Assembly: GCA_963765675.1 (NCBI GenBank)
Contig: CAVXXK010000001.1
Coordinates: forward strand, 992,001-1,056,000
Length of the DNA stretch: 64,000 nt
Source: an uncultured delta proteobacterium
GTDB taxonomy: Bacteria; Desulfobacterota; Binatia; Binatales; Binataceae
Direction of reading: 5' to 3'
Shown here one piece after another: positions 10,351 to 19,669 of the stretch; position 1 is the stretch's first letter; each line of letters starts with the position of its first letter. The position numbers were made by a program, and so were the translations under genes. The notes beneath the pieces were generated by a model. It saw only the letters and a list, made by a program, of their open reading frames with translations, ran no database searches and had not been told where the DNA came from.

Positions 10351-10383
10351 TTGTATAATACCAAATGTAGAGTTATAATACAA
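10351..10383. promoter_or_regulatory. Overlapping bidirectional sigma70-type promoters / palindromic operator
   Basis: Plus strand TTGTAT(10351)-N17-TATAAT(10374); minus strand TTGTAT(10383)-N17-TATTAT(10360). Confidence 0.65.
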
Positions 10384-10523
10384 GAGCGCGGTGGCAGAAG
10401 TGTGCGTATGAATCTTATCCCTCGTCCTGATGGAGAGAGCTTGGGCGAGGGCCATTTCTCAGCGCGGTGCGAAGCAACGCACAACTATGAGGAACTTATC
10501 CGCGCAAATCCAAGCGAGATAAG

Positions 10524-13022
10524 CTAGAAAAGCTTCTTCAGATTGTTCAGAGGATTCGAGTCCGAGCCGCTGCCCGAGTTGCCGCCGCCAAGAAAGCCGC
10601 CGATTCCTTTTTTGCCGAGAAATTTGCCCAGCGCCTTCTGGCCCTGCGCTGAGAGCGCACGCTGAGCCGCGCGCTGCGCCAGATCCTGGATATCGGGCAC
10701 CACCATCGGCTTGGGCAACTGCCCGGTGATCTGCATCGGAAAATCGATCTGATCGTTCTTGTTGCTGATGTAGACCACCTCCTGCTTCTGCGCGACGATC
10801 TCCTTGGTCAATTGCTTCGTCAGCAGAATCCGCGCCGCCATATCGATGTTGCGGTCCATGTCGATCCATCCGTCACCGGTAAGCGAATAGTCAACATTGG
10901 TAATCGCGACGTCGTGCGAGGTGACCCGCTGCCCTTTCAGAACGAACGTCAGCGAGGCCGACTGGATATCCGTGTCGGGGTTCTTGAACAGTTCGGGATG
11001 ATTGTTCACCACCGAGTCCGGCACCAAGTGTCCGATACCGGGGAGCTTGTCTACCTTCTTGAGCGCGGTCGAGGCGACGTTGATGCCGACCAGCTTGCCC
11101 TGCGTCAGCAGAATCTTGCCGCTGCCGGCAAGCGTGGGTTTGATTTGGTCGAATTTGCCCGCGATGCCCGAGAGCTGGATGTTGCCGGTCAGCAGGCCGC
11201 GCACCTTTTGCGCAGCTTTCGAATTCTGTGAGACCAGCGCCTGCTGCACATCGACGTTGGTGGCCGCGACCGAGGTGCTGAACGGCGCCGACGGCGCCAG
11301 TTGAGTCTCACCGGTCGCCGAGATCTGGCCATTGAACGCGCCGACGTTCAGGCCCATCACGCGCAGCCGCTTGCCCTCGAGCGAAGTAGTGAGCTTCAGG
11401 TTCGTATATGCGACATTGTTCAGAAGCCCGGACGGCGACGTGAGCTGGTTCTCGTCGTCCACGCCGAACGCCTTCATGCTCGCAGTGCCAGTTGCCTTGA
11501 TATTGTTGAGTTGCTCGCCAGCCGGACGCCCCGGCGCAAAATCGGCGGTGTGGATCGAGTCGGCGGTCAAATCATAGCTGATGATCGGTGGATAGATTGG
11601 ATCAGCGTGCGCCTTCAGAGTCGCCTTCGCGGCACCCACATTGAAGCTCAACGGACCGATATCCGCTGCCGTTCCCGCAAGCTTGATATCACCGGTCACA
11701 TTGCTGACCGCGTTGGCGGCGCCGACGGCCGGAGCGCCGGGCTTGGGAATCGTCACCGCGCTCAGCGACACGACGCCATTGGCGGTGGGCTTGCCGTTGG
11801 CGACGCTTACGTCGGTGTGAACCTCGGTCTTGCCCGTCACGCCGAGCTTCGCGGCGGCGGGCGCAAGCTTCGCCAGCGATCCGATATCGAACTGATTGGT
11901 ATCGATCCGGCCGCTGAAGCTGCCGCCGCCGAATGCGATCCTCGTCGCCTTCAGATCGAGCGTGTCCAGATTCACCTGCGCGACTGCGATACTCATCTTC
12001 GATCCTTCGCGGTCGCCATCAACACTGATCTTGAGCACGGTGCCGGCGGGCTTGGTGAACGAATCGCCGAAACTGATCTGATTCGAGGTCAGGTCGGTCG
12101 TGCCATGAAGATGCAGCGCATCGAGGCGTCCTTTTAGCGTCGCGTCCACGCTGATGCTGTCGGAGACTTGCAGCTTGGGCGGGATCGCGTGCTGAATTTG
12201 CTCGAATTTGCGGAAATCGGCGAGCATGAACGGACCCGCTTTGAGGCTCAAGTCCAGCGGCACAGCGTTCACGTCGATACTCGAACCGCTGAGAAGCGGT
12301 CCGACATTCCCGGAGAGCTCGAAGTTCTGCGCGCCGGCCTCGAGCGCGTGCATCTTAAGGTCGACCGCGAACGCCGAGTTGAAGCTGAAGTTCTCAAGAT
12401 CGAAATCGATTCCAGAAATTTCAACCGGCGGCTGGTTCGCGTCGCGATAGACAATCTTGCCCTTATCGATCGAAAAATTCGTGACGTGCAGAGCGTCCAG
12501 CTGTTTGCGTCTGCGCTCTTCCTTGCGCCGCGACTCCGCCATCGGATTGCCCTGGATCTCGCCGCGAGGCGCGCGCGCCTCGCCACCTTCGCGTTCTTCA
12601 GAAGACTCCGGGTGTTTTCTCCCGACAGTCGAAAGATTGAGCCGCCCGTCCGCGTTGCGGATGATCGTTATCTCCGGATGGTTCAGCACAACCTTGTTGA
12701 TCCTGAGCTCGCGCGCCAAAAGCGGAATCAGCTCGACTTGCGCATATACATTCGAGGAAGTGATGAAGGGTTTGGCTGAAAATGCCGGGTCATCGCCAAT
12801 TTCCACTCCGGATAGATCGGCTACCAGGCCCCAGCCGATTTCGGCCTTGATGCTCTCGACGTGGACACTGCGGCCCATCGATTCGCTCACTCGGGCCAAT
12901 ACCCGATCACGGTTGTCCGCGATGATCGAGTTGAGGTTGGCGTCGGCGTAAATCAAAATCGCGGCGATTGCGACGATGACTCCCGCCACGACCGCACCAA
13001 TGATGACCAGTGATTTGCGCAT
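10524..13022 (-). CDS. AsmA family protein
   Basis: N-terminal TM anchor, P.I.IIRNADGRLNLST, long beta-rich body, G.ILLTQGKLVGIN, PMQITGQLPKP. Confidence 0.88.
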   Translation of the reverse strand: MRKSLVIIGAVVAGVIVAIAAILIYADANLNSIIADNRDRVLARVSESMGRSVHVESIKAEIGWGLVADLSGVEIGDDPAFSAKPFITSSNVYAQVELIPLLARELRINKVVLNHPEITIIRNADGRLNLSTVGRKHPESSEEREGGEARAPRGEIQGNPMAESRRKEERRRKQLDALHVTNFSIDKGKIVYRDANQPPVEISGIDFDLENFSFNSAFAVDLKMHALEAGAQNFELSGNVGPLLSGSSIDVNAVPLDLSLKAGPFMLADFRKFEQIQHAIPPKLQVSDSISVDATLKGRLDALHLHGTTDLTSNQISFGDSFTKPAGTVLKISVDGDREGSKMSIAVAQVNLDTLDLKATRIAFGGGSFSGRIDTNQFDIGSLAKLAPAAAKLGVTGKTEVHTDVSVANGKPTANGVVSLSAVTIPKPGAPAVGAANAVSNVTGDIKLAGTAADIGPLSFNVGAAKATLKAHADPIYPPIISYDLTADSIHTADFAPGRPAGEQLNNIKATGTASMKAFGVDDENQLTSPSGLLNNVAYTNLKLTTSLEGKRLRVMGLNVGAFNGQISATGETQLAPSAPFSTSVAATNVDVQQALVSQNSKAAQKVRGLLTGNIQLSGIAGKFDQIKPTLAGSGKILLTQGKLVGINVASTALKKVDKLPGIGHLVPDSVVNNHPELFKNPDTDIQSASLTFVLKGQRVTSHDVAITNVDYSLTGDGWIDMDRNIDMAARILLTKQLTKEIVAQKQEVVYISNKNDQIDFPMQITGQLPKPMVVPDIQDLAQRAAQRALSAQGQKALGKFLGKKGIGGFLGGGNSGSGSDSNPLNNLKKLF

Positions 13023-13188
13023 CGCCCGAGCTCCCCTTCCAAGCTGACTGTCCGCCGAAGTGTAGCCAATCAGTTGCCCAGACGCACGAGGCGGATCGAT
13101 CTCCGGCAGCGCTGCCGTTCCACGCGCAGGCGGCGCGCGGCATAATCAGTGCCGAACTTCCGCGCGACGCTCCTGATCGCAAATCGCG

Positions 13189-13965
13189 ATGGCCCGAAAA
13201 AAGAAAATCCGCCGCACCGACGGCCCTCCTGCAGCCGCAAAAAAATCGGCGATCAATCAGCCGGTCAGTTTCTCGCCCTTCAAGGATCTGAAAAAGCTCG
13301 TCGGTCAGCGCGCGACCGCGCGTCCTGCTCCGCCGCCGAAACCCGCACCGCCGGTTCCGGCGATTGCGAAGCCGGCGCCACCCGTCGATGAAGCCGCGTT
13401 GTTTCGTGAGGCATTCGCCGGGGTGCGGCCGCTCGACGCGACCCGCTCGGCGCGGACGCCAGTCGAGCCGCGCGTCGAGCACAAGGTCATCAGCGAAGAT
13501 GCCGAGGTGGTGGCCCGCCTATCCGATCTGGTTTCCGGGCAGGGGACGTTCGACGTCACCGAGACCGAGGAATATGTCGAAGGCGCTCGCGTCGGGATTG
13601 ATCCGCGGATGGTCACGCGCATCCGGCGCGGAGAATTCGCGATGCAGAATCACGTCGATTTGCACGGGATGATTCAGCCCGACGCGCACGCGGCCCTGAC
13701 CGCATTCATCGTCGATTCTGTGCGCAAGGGCCATCGCAGCGTATTGGTCGTGCACGGCAGAGGACTTGGCTCGCCGGGCGGTCGTGCGGTGCTGAAACAC
13801 GCAACAGTAGAGTGGCTCTCGCACGGAACGATCGGCGGCCACGTATTGGCATTCACGACCGCGCGCCCCGCCGACGGTGGCGCCGGCGCGATGTACGTCC
13901 TGCTCCGCCGCGAAAAGCAGCGCGCCCCCTTCGACATCCTGCAAGGCGCCAAGCGTCGGGGATGA
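13189..13965 (+). CDS. Stand-alone Smr-domain protein
   Basis: FREAFAGVRPL, RIRRGEF, VDLHGM, VVHGRG, GGAGAMYVLL. Confidence 0.93.
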   Translation: MARKKKIRRTDGPPAAAKKSAINQPVSFSPFKDLKKLVGQRATARPAPPPKPAPPVPAIAKPAPPVDEAALFREAFAGVRPLDATRSARTPVEPRVEHKVISEDAEVVARLSDLVSGQGTFDVTETEEYVEGARVGIDPRMVTRIRRGEFAMQNHVDLHGMIQPDAHAALTAFIVDSVRKGHRSVLVVHGRGLGSPGGRAVLKHATVEWLSHGTIGGHVLAFTTARPADGGAGAMYVLLRREKQRAPFDILQGAKRRG

Positions 13966-14027
13966 ACAGGCCGCCACTCTCCTCTCTCGTCCATCGTCTT
14001 TCTTGTCCGTCGCGCTGAGTCTTGTCC

Positions 14028-14056
14028 GTCATCCTGAGCCGCAGGCGAAGGATCTC
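14028..14056 (+). repeat. REP-like element (GTCATCCTGAGC...CGAAGGATCTC type)
   Basis: Related copy in the opposite orientation at 43631-43668. Confidence 0.7.
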
Positions 14057-14135
14057 CGCGAAGCGATTAGTGCGAACAACTCTGGCGGTCCTGAAAAATC
14101 GCGCGCAATTGCTCTCTTCTTTTCTGCCAGTGGCA

Positions 14136-14250
14136 GCCGACGGCCCGTCGGCTGACGCGAAGCGTCTTCTGCGCGTAACTCATCGGCAAAGGGTGCCACT
14201 GCCGAGGGCGAGCCCAGATGACGCTTCGCGTGGGCCGACGGGCCGTCGGC
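14136..14250. repeat. REPIN-like inverted repeat, 36-bp arms
   Basis: Arms 14136-14171 and 14215-14250 match at 33/36 as reverse complements; each contains the palindromes GCCGACG-N3-CGTCGGC and ACGC-GAA-GCGT. Confidence 0.8.
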
Positions 14251-14280
14251 CGCTATTGACGGAAGAGGAAAAAGCAATCG

Positions 14281-14317
14281 CAAAAGAAAGCGGGCGCCGC
14301 TTCTGCGGAGCCCGCTT
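14281..14317 (-). terminator. Rho-independent terminator of the atp operon
   Basis: aagcgggctccgc-agaa-gcggcgcccgctt followed by tcttttg on the minus strand. Confidence 0.75.
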
Positions 14318-14362
14318 GTCGATCCGAGTATCTGCTTGCCGAGTCGTTGCTTGCAGACGCTA

Positions 14363-14701
14363 CTAAATCTTCGCCTGCAGGAAGAATGCGATGACCAGTG
14401 CGTACAGGGTCAACGCTTCGATAAACGCGAGCCCTATGATCATCGGAACGAAAATCTGGTTGGCGCTGTTCGGATTGCGCCCGATCGATTCCATCGCCGA
14501 GGCGGCCATCCTGCCCTGACCTATCGCGCTCCCAAACGCGGCAATTCCAATGCCGATATTTGCCGCCAGCGCGATCAATCCCGCGCGCAGCGGAGCACCC
14601 GAACCGCCTGCCGCAGCGGCCTCTTGCGCCATCGCCAGCATCGGCGAAGCCAGAATCGCGAAGCCTACCATCGCGATCACCGTACCCATTTTGCGAACCA
14701 T
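14363..14701 (-). CDS. atpE: ATP synthase F0 subunit c
   Basis: GIGIAAFGSAIGQG...IGRNP...AFIEALTLY; GGAGG RBS. Confidence 0.95.
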   Translation of the reverse strand: MVRKMGTVIAMVGFAILASPMLAMAQEAAAAGGSGAPLRAGLIALAANIGIGIAAFGSAIGQGRMAASAMESIGRNPNSANQIFVPMIIGLAFIEALTLYALVIAFFLQAKI

Positions 14702-14820
14702 CTCGAGTCCTCCTCGTTTTGCGCGCTTCCGGCGCCCGCACCGCCGCATCTTCTTTCCTCTACCACCACCAATTCGGGCGAGCGTCCGTAGTCGCGAAAA
14801 ATCCTTATATAAATTTTCGT

Positions 14821-15513
14821 CTAATGTTCGTGGCTCGCGGCCAGCCGCACATAGGCCATCGACAGCACTACGAAAATGATCGCCTGAATTACGCATACAA
14901 TCGCGCCGAGCGCATAGAAAGCGAGCGGAATCACGAGCTTCGTCAACCCGGTGAAGATGCTCAGCACCGTATGGTCGGCAAACATGTTCGCGTAAAGACG
15001 GATACCGAGCGAAAACGGGCGGAAAAGATTGTCCGCAAGCTCGATCGGCAGCATCAGGAACGCAAGCGGCAGGTACGGACCGAGAAAGCTCTTCAGGTAC
15101 CATGCGCCCTGCGATCTGAAACCCTGCACGATGTAATAGCCGAAACAGATCGTGCCGAGGGCAAAAGTCAGGTCGGAATCTCCAGTCGGCGGCTCCATCC
15201 CGGGAATCAGGCCGAAAAAATTCGCGCACAGGATGAAAACGAAAATACACCCGAAGAATGGAACCAGCGCGCGGTAGCCGTGAGATTCGAGCACCTCATG
15301 AACGAACCCATCGAGCCATTCGACCAGGACTTCGCACATCGCGCGCAGGCTCATCCCGTCGTCGGGAACCACCGGATCCTTCGCGCGGGCAAGCGAGCGG
15401 CGCGCGGCGAACCCAAACACGATCAGGATTCCCATCACGATCCAGGTCCCGACGATAACCTCGGGAATTTTTCCGCCGCCGATCAGCTCGAGAAAATTGA
15501 CCGATTTCTGCAA
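14821..15513 (-). CDS. atpB: ATP synthase F0 subunit a
   Basis: NFFGLIPG..PPT, RPFSLGIRLYANMFADH, IQAIIF. Confidence 0.95.
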   Translation of the reverse strand: MQKSVNFLELIGGGKIPEVIVGTWIVMGILIVFGFAARRSLARAKDPVVPDDGMSLRAMCEVLVEWLDGFVHEVLESHGYRALVPFFGCIFVFILCANFFGLIPGMEPPTGDSDLTFALGTICFGYYIVQGFRSQGAWYLKSFLGPYLPLAFLMLPIELADNLFRPFSLGIRLYANMFADHTVLSIFTGLTKLVIPLAFYALGAIVCVIQAIIFVVLSMAYVRLAASHEH

Positions 15514-15537
15514 GAGGGATTCTCCGTGCGCGCTCGC

Positions 15538-15930
15538 TCAGGCCGCACCTGCGAGCGAGGCTCGTCCGGTTTCAATAATGATGGCGGCCAATTGAGTCAA
15601 GACTCCGAAACCGAAGCCAAGTCCGTCGATATGCGCACGCGTGAAAGCCAGGTACACGATTCCGACCACGATGAGCAGCTTTAGCGGTATCGCGGCAGCG
15701 CCCAGCCGCGCGGCGTTGCCTGAAATACCCGCGCCCGCGGCGGCCAGGACGAGGCGCCCGAGCGCCGCGAGGATCCACAGATTCGCGATCACGACCGCGC
15801 CGCCGAGCATGCATCCGATCGCGGAGTTGATCGAGACCAGATAAGCGAGGATCACCGCGGTGAGCGCCACCAGCACGATATTGGTGCGCTGAATCGCCGC
15901 GATAGTCGGAACCACCCCGGCGAGTCTCAT
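15538..15930 (-). CDS. atpI: ATP synthase subunit I
   Basis: Four TM segments, GG....AN motif, position in operon. Confidence 0.8.
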   Translation of the reverse strand: MRLAGVVPTIAAIQRTNIVLVALTAVILAYLVSINSAIGCMLGGAVVIANLWILAALGRLVLAAAGAGISGNAARLGAAAIPLKLLIVVGIVYLAFTRAHIDGLGFGFGVLTQLAAIIIETGRASLAGAA

Positions 15931-16142
15931 TGTCCCATCGTCCGCTGCGCGAGCTGCAACTCACGAATCAGCCGGTAGAAGCCCAGCACGAGACCCGCCA
16001 TGAACAGTGCGAACGTCAGCCAGGGATCGGTGTGGAAATAGAGGTCGAGGTAGTGGCCAAGGATAGCGCCGGCGATGATCGGACCCGAAAACTCGAATCC
16101 GATTGCCATGAAGCGCGCCGCCTTGCCCGCCGTCCATTGCAT
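15927..16142 (-). CDS. atpZ: AtpZ/AtpI family protein
   Basis: IGFEF..PII.G.ILGHYLD.YF.T.PW. Confidence 0.85.
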   Translation of the reverse strand: MQWTAGKAARFMAIGFEFSGPIIAGAILGHYLDLYFHTDPWLTFALFMAGLVLGFYRLIRELQLAQRTMGQ

Positions 16143-16151
16143 CGTCGATTC

Positions 16152-17447
16152 CTAGTCTCGCGAGGCGACCTCGAGCGCGTCGTGCGCCACTGCCACGGTG
16201 CGATCGATATCATCATCGTTGTGCGCCGATGAAACGAACAGCGCCTCGAATTGCGACGGTGGGATATTGACGCCCCTTTCGAGCATCGCATGGAAGAATC
16301 GCGCGAACTTGGCGGTGTCGGATGTTCGCGCGTCGTTTGCGTTGCGGACCTGCAACGGCCCCAGGAACATCGTCAGCAACGAACCCGCACGATTGACGCA
16401 TCCGCGCTCTTCGCATCGCACCAGAGCCTCGCGAAGCCCGGCCTCCAGCCGCGCGCCCGCGGCCTCGAGCCGCTCATAGAAGCCGGCTTCGGTGAGCAGC
16501 TTCAGCGTCTCGATACCCGCACGCACCGAGAGCGGATTTCCGGAAAGCGTTCCTGCCTGATAGACCGGACCGTCCGGTGCGAGCAGATCCATCAATTTCG
16601 CGCCTCCGGCGACTGCGCCGACCGGCAATCCGCCGCCGATTATTTTTCCGAGCATGATCAAATCGGGTGCGATGCCGAGTTTCTCGCTTGCGGAGCCGAA
16701 GCTCAGGCGAAAGCCCGTAATCACCTCGTCGCAGATGAGCAGCGCACCGTTGCGATGCGCGATCGTTTCGAGTGCTTTCAGAAACCCGGTCTCGGGAAGA
16801 ACCACCCCCATGTTCGCGGCGATCGGCTCAACAATTATTGCTGCGATTCGATTGGGATTGTTCCTAAAGAGTTCTTCGACGCTCTCGATCGAGTTATAAG
16901 TCGCTACCATCGTGAGCGCTGCCAGCTCCGGCGGCACTCCGGCACTGTCGGGAACACCCAGCGTCATCCCTCCCGAACCCGCCCGCACCAGCATCGAGTC
17001 GCTATGCCCGTGGTAGCATCCATCGAACTTGATTATTCCCGAACGCCCGGTCGCGGCGCGCGCGATTCTGATCGCGGTCATACCGGCTTCGGTCCCGGAA
17101 CTGACCAGGCGAACTTTCTCCGCAACTGAGATCGCCGACGTGATGATCTCCGCTAGCTCGACCTCGAGCTCGGTCGAGGCGCCGAAGCCCAGACCGTCGC
17201 GCGCCTGTTTCGTGATCGCTTCGATTACCGCGGGATGCGCGTGGCCCGCGACGGCGGGACCATAGGAGCCCACGTAATCAAATAATTGATTGCCGTCGGC
17301 ATCAAAAAGGTATACGCCGCTGGCGCGCGCGACAAACCGCGGCGAACCACCGACAGCCTTCCATGCGCGCACCGGAGAATTCACCGCGCCGGGAATTATC
17401 TTGCGCGCGCGCGCGAATAATTCGCGTGACTTTTTATCAGAGAGCAT
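16152..17447 (-). CDS. hemL: Glutamate-1-semialdehyde 2,1-aminomutase
   Basis: PGAVNSPVRA, SSGTEA, FDGCYHGH, DEVITGFR, GKIIGGGLP, YQAGTLSGNP. Confidence 0.97.
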   Translation of the reverse strand: MLSDKKSRELFARARKIIPGAVNSPVRAWKAVGGSPRFVARASGVYLFDADGNQLFDYVGSYGPAVAGHAHPAVIEAITKQARDGLGFGASTELEVELAEIITSAISVAEKVRLVSSGTEAGMTAIRIARAATGRSGIIKFDGCYHGHSDSMLVRAGSGGMTLGVPDSAGVPPELAALTMVATYNSIESVEELFRNNPNRIAAIIVEPIAANMGVVLPETGFLKALETIAHRNGALLICDEVITGFRLSFGSASEKLGIAPDLIMLGKIIGGGLPVGAVAGGAKLMDLLAPDGPVYQAGTLSGNPLSVRAGIETLKLLTEAGFYERLEAAGARLEAGLREALVRCEERGCVNRAGSLLTMFLGPLQVRNANDARTSDTAKFARFFHAMLERGVNIPPSQFEALFVSSAHNDDDIDRTVAVAHDALEVASRD

Positions 17448-17919
17448 CAAGCTTTTCCTGAGTGGCCAGCTAACATCGCGCGCCAATGCAGTCAAACGCG
17501 CATCCGATCGCACTTAATGCGCATGTGCGAAGAAAATCGCGATCGCGTACGATTGCTCCAGGAGCCATCGTGCCGGATCGTGTGATCGGAGCATGAATTC
17601 ACGCGCAACGACGACATCAAGTCGATCACAAAATTTTCTTTTCGATTCGCACTGATACACGATTCTCTGCACTCGCACTTGTCTGTAGTCGGGAAAGAGT
17701 TTATCACGTTGCCTTGGCCGCGAGACTTTTGTTCACGCACATTTTTTTGGAGCAAAGTTTTGGCGACCTTCGTGATCATCGATGGCTCTCAAGCGCACGC
17801 ACTTTGCCGTTGCTGTTCCAGAGAATTCAGAAACTGACAGAACCGTAAACCGCTCCAGCGAGTTGATAGCCGGGTGTTATCCGGCCCGAATCTGCTTTCA
17901 GAACGGACCAAAACCCTGC

Positions 17920-17951
17920 TTATCCACAGATGTGGACAAGCTTGTGCAGAA
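17920..17951. other. DnaA-box cluster upstream of dnaA (oriC left part / dnaA autoregulation)
   Basis: TTATCCACA at 17920, TGTGGACAA at 17931, TGTGCAGAA at 17943. Confidence 0.85.
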
Positions 17952-18027
17952 ATGATCGCTGGTGGCGAACCGTGGTCGGTTCCGGACCGTGTCGAGTCGC
18001 GGCTCGGGGACTTGGGGAGGAGAACGA

Positions 18028-19434
18028 ATGAACGGGTTATGGCGCAAAGCCAATGACCGCTTGCGTGACGAACTTGGACAAGTTGGATTTGAAACCTGGA
18101 TCGGACCGCTGAGCTTTGTCGGACTACAAGGCCGAACAGTTACGATCGAGGCGCCCAACAGATTCTTCCGCGACTGGGTCAACGAACGCTACCTTTCGAT
18201 GCTGCAGAAGTCGCTCTCGGAGGAAGCGGGGGAGCCGGTCGAGGTCAAGCTGATCCTCGGCGAGGGCGCGGGCGTATCCGCGGCGCCGCCCAGTAACGGT
18301 AACGGCAACTCGAATGGGCACGGCAACGGCAGCAATGGCAACGGCCATCTTGCCGCCAGAGCATCCGCCGCACGCGAGCCGGTCCGCGCGGAGCGCCATC
18401 CGCAACTGAACCCGCGCTACACCCTGGCTGAGTTCGTGGTTGGCTCGGCTAATCAGTTCGCGCATGCGGCCGCGCTGGCGGTGGCTAATCAGCCGGGTGA
18501 CAAGTACAACCCGCTCTTCATCTACGGCGGAGTCGGCCTGGGCAAGACCCATCTGGTAACCGCGATCGGCCATCACATCTACGGCTGCGGAGATCGGCCG
18601 CGCAAAGTGCTGTTCATGCCGGCTGAAGTCTTCATGAACGAGCTAATCGGCTCGATTCGGCGGGACCGGATGAACGAGTTTCGCGAAAAGTTTCGCCTGG
18701 TCGATGCGCTGATCCTGGACGACATCCAGTTCCTGGCTGGCCGCGAGCGCACTCAGGAGGAATTCTTTCATACGTTCAACTCGCTGCATGCCGACCGGCA
18801 TCAGATCATCCTGACCTCGGACAAGGTGCCGCGCGAGATTCCGGGACTCGAGGAACGCCTGCGCAACCGGTTCGAATCCGGACTTATCGCCGATATCGCG
18901 CCGCCCGACCTCGAGACTCGCGTTGCGATCGTGCAGAAGAAGGCCGCACTGGACAATTTGCATCTCGCGCAGGACGTCGCGCTCTATATTGCACAGAGCA
19001 TCCAGTCCAACGTCCGCGAGCTCGAAGGATGCCTGACCCGGCTCGGAGCGTTGGCGTCGCTCAGCAAGTCCGCGATCACGCTGGACTTCGCGCGGCAGGC
19101 GCTGCACGATCTGATCCGTAATCACGAAGCCAAGCCCGACGTCGAAATGATCCAGAAAACGGTGTCGGATTTCTTTCATATCCGGCTGATCGACCTCAAA
19201 TCGAAAAAACGAACCCAGCACATCGCCTTTTGCCGACAAGTAGCGATGTACCTGTGCCGCAAGCTGACCGCCAGCTCGTTTCCCGTAATCGGCGAGGCGT
19301 TTGGCCGCGACCATTCTACGGTCATCCATGCACACAACCTGATTCAGCGGCGCGTGACCAACGACTCGGCGTTTAGGCTCTCGATCGAGAAGATCGAACG
19401 CGATCTAAAAGCGATCCGCGCTAATGCCGCTTGA
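18028..19434 (+). CDS. dnaA: Chromosomal replication initiator
   Basis: [53 protein letters not shown]; GGAGG RBS. Confidence 0.99.
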   Translation: MNGLWRKANDRLRDELGQVGFETWIGPLSFVGLQGRTVTIEAPNRFFRDWVNERYLSMLQKSLSEEAGEPVEVKLILGEGAGVSAAPPSNGNGNSNGHGNGSNGNGHLAARASAAREPVRAERHPQLNPRYTLAEFVVGSANQFAHAAALAVANQPGDKYNPLFIYGGVGLGKTHLVTAIGHHIYGCGDRPRKVLFMPAEVFMNELIGSIRRDRMNEFREKFRLVDALILDDIQFLAGRERTQEEFFHTFNSLHADRHQIILTSDKVPREIPGLEERLRNRFESGLIADIAPPDLETRVAIVQKKAALDNLHLAQDVALYIAQSIQSNVRELEGCLTRLGALASLSKSAITLDFARQALHDLIRNHEAKPDVEMIQKTVSDFFHIRLIDLKSKKRTQHIAFCRQVAMYLCRKLTASSFPVIGEAFGRDHSTVIHAHNLIQRRVTNDSAFRLSIEKIERDLKAIRANAA

Positions 19435-19669
19435 TGTGGAGAAAATTGTGGAACGCTTCTGGATAACTTGGCTCAAAACTGGAGGCTCGTCGGTCAGGCA
19501 CGGATCGCAAGGATCGAGACGGTAAACCGCCGACAACTTGTACCATCACGATTCACGTTGAAAATCAGACACTTGATGGAGTACTCAACAAATCAACACC
19601 CTCTACGGGTCTTACTGATCTTTTAATTTAAGATCTCTTAAGAAGAATAGCAGGCAGGACGGAAACTTC
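19435..19669. other. oriC (dnaA-dnaN intergenic part with unwinding region)
   Basis: Degenerate DnaA boxes TGTGGAGAA, TGTGGAACG, TCTGGATAA, tandem TACTCAACA-AATCAACA, and an AT-rich tract at 19611-19650. Confidence 0.75.

Noticed and set aside
14136-14250. Possible CRISPR array or IS ends
   Set aside because: Only two inverted units, with no spacers, cas genes or transposase
14363-17447. F0 genes split from atpF/F1 and linked to hemL as a novelty
   Set aside because: Arrangement already known in deltaproteobacteria-like genomes
17492-17779. 95-aa ORF upstream of dnaA
   Set aside because: Atypical composition, no RBS or motif; lies in the promoter/origin region
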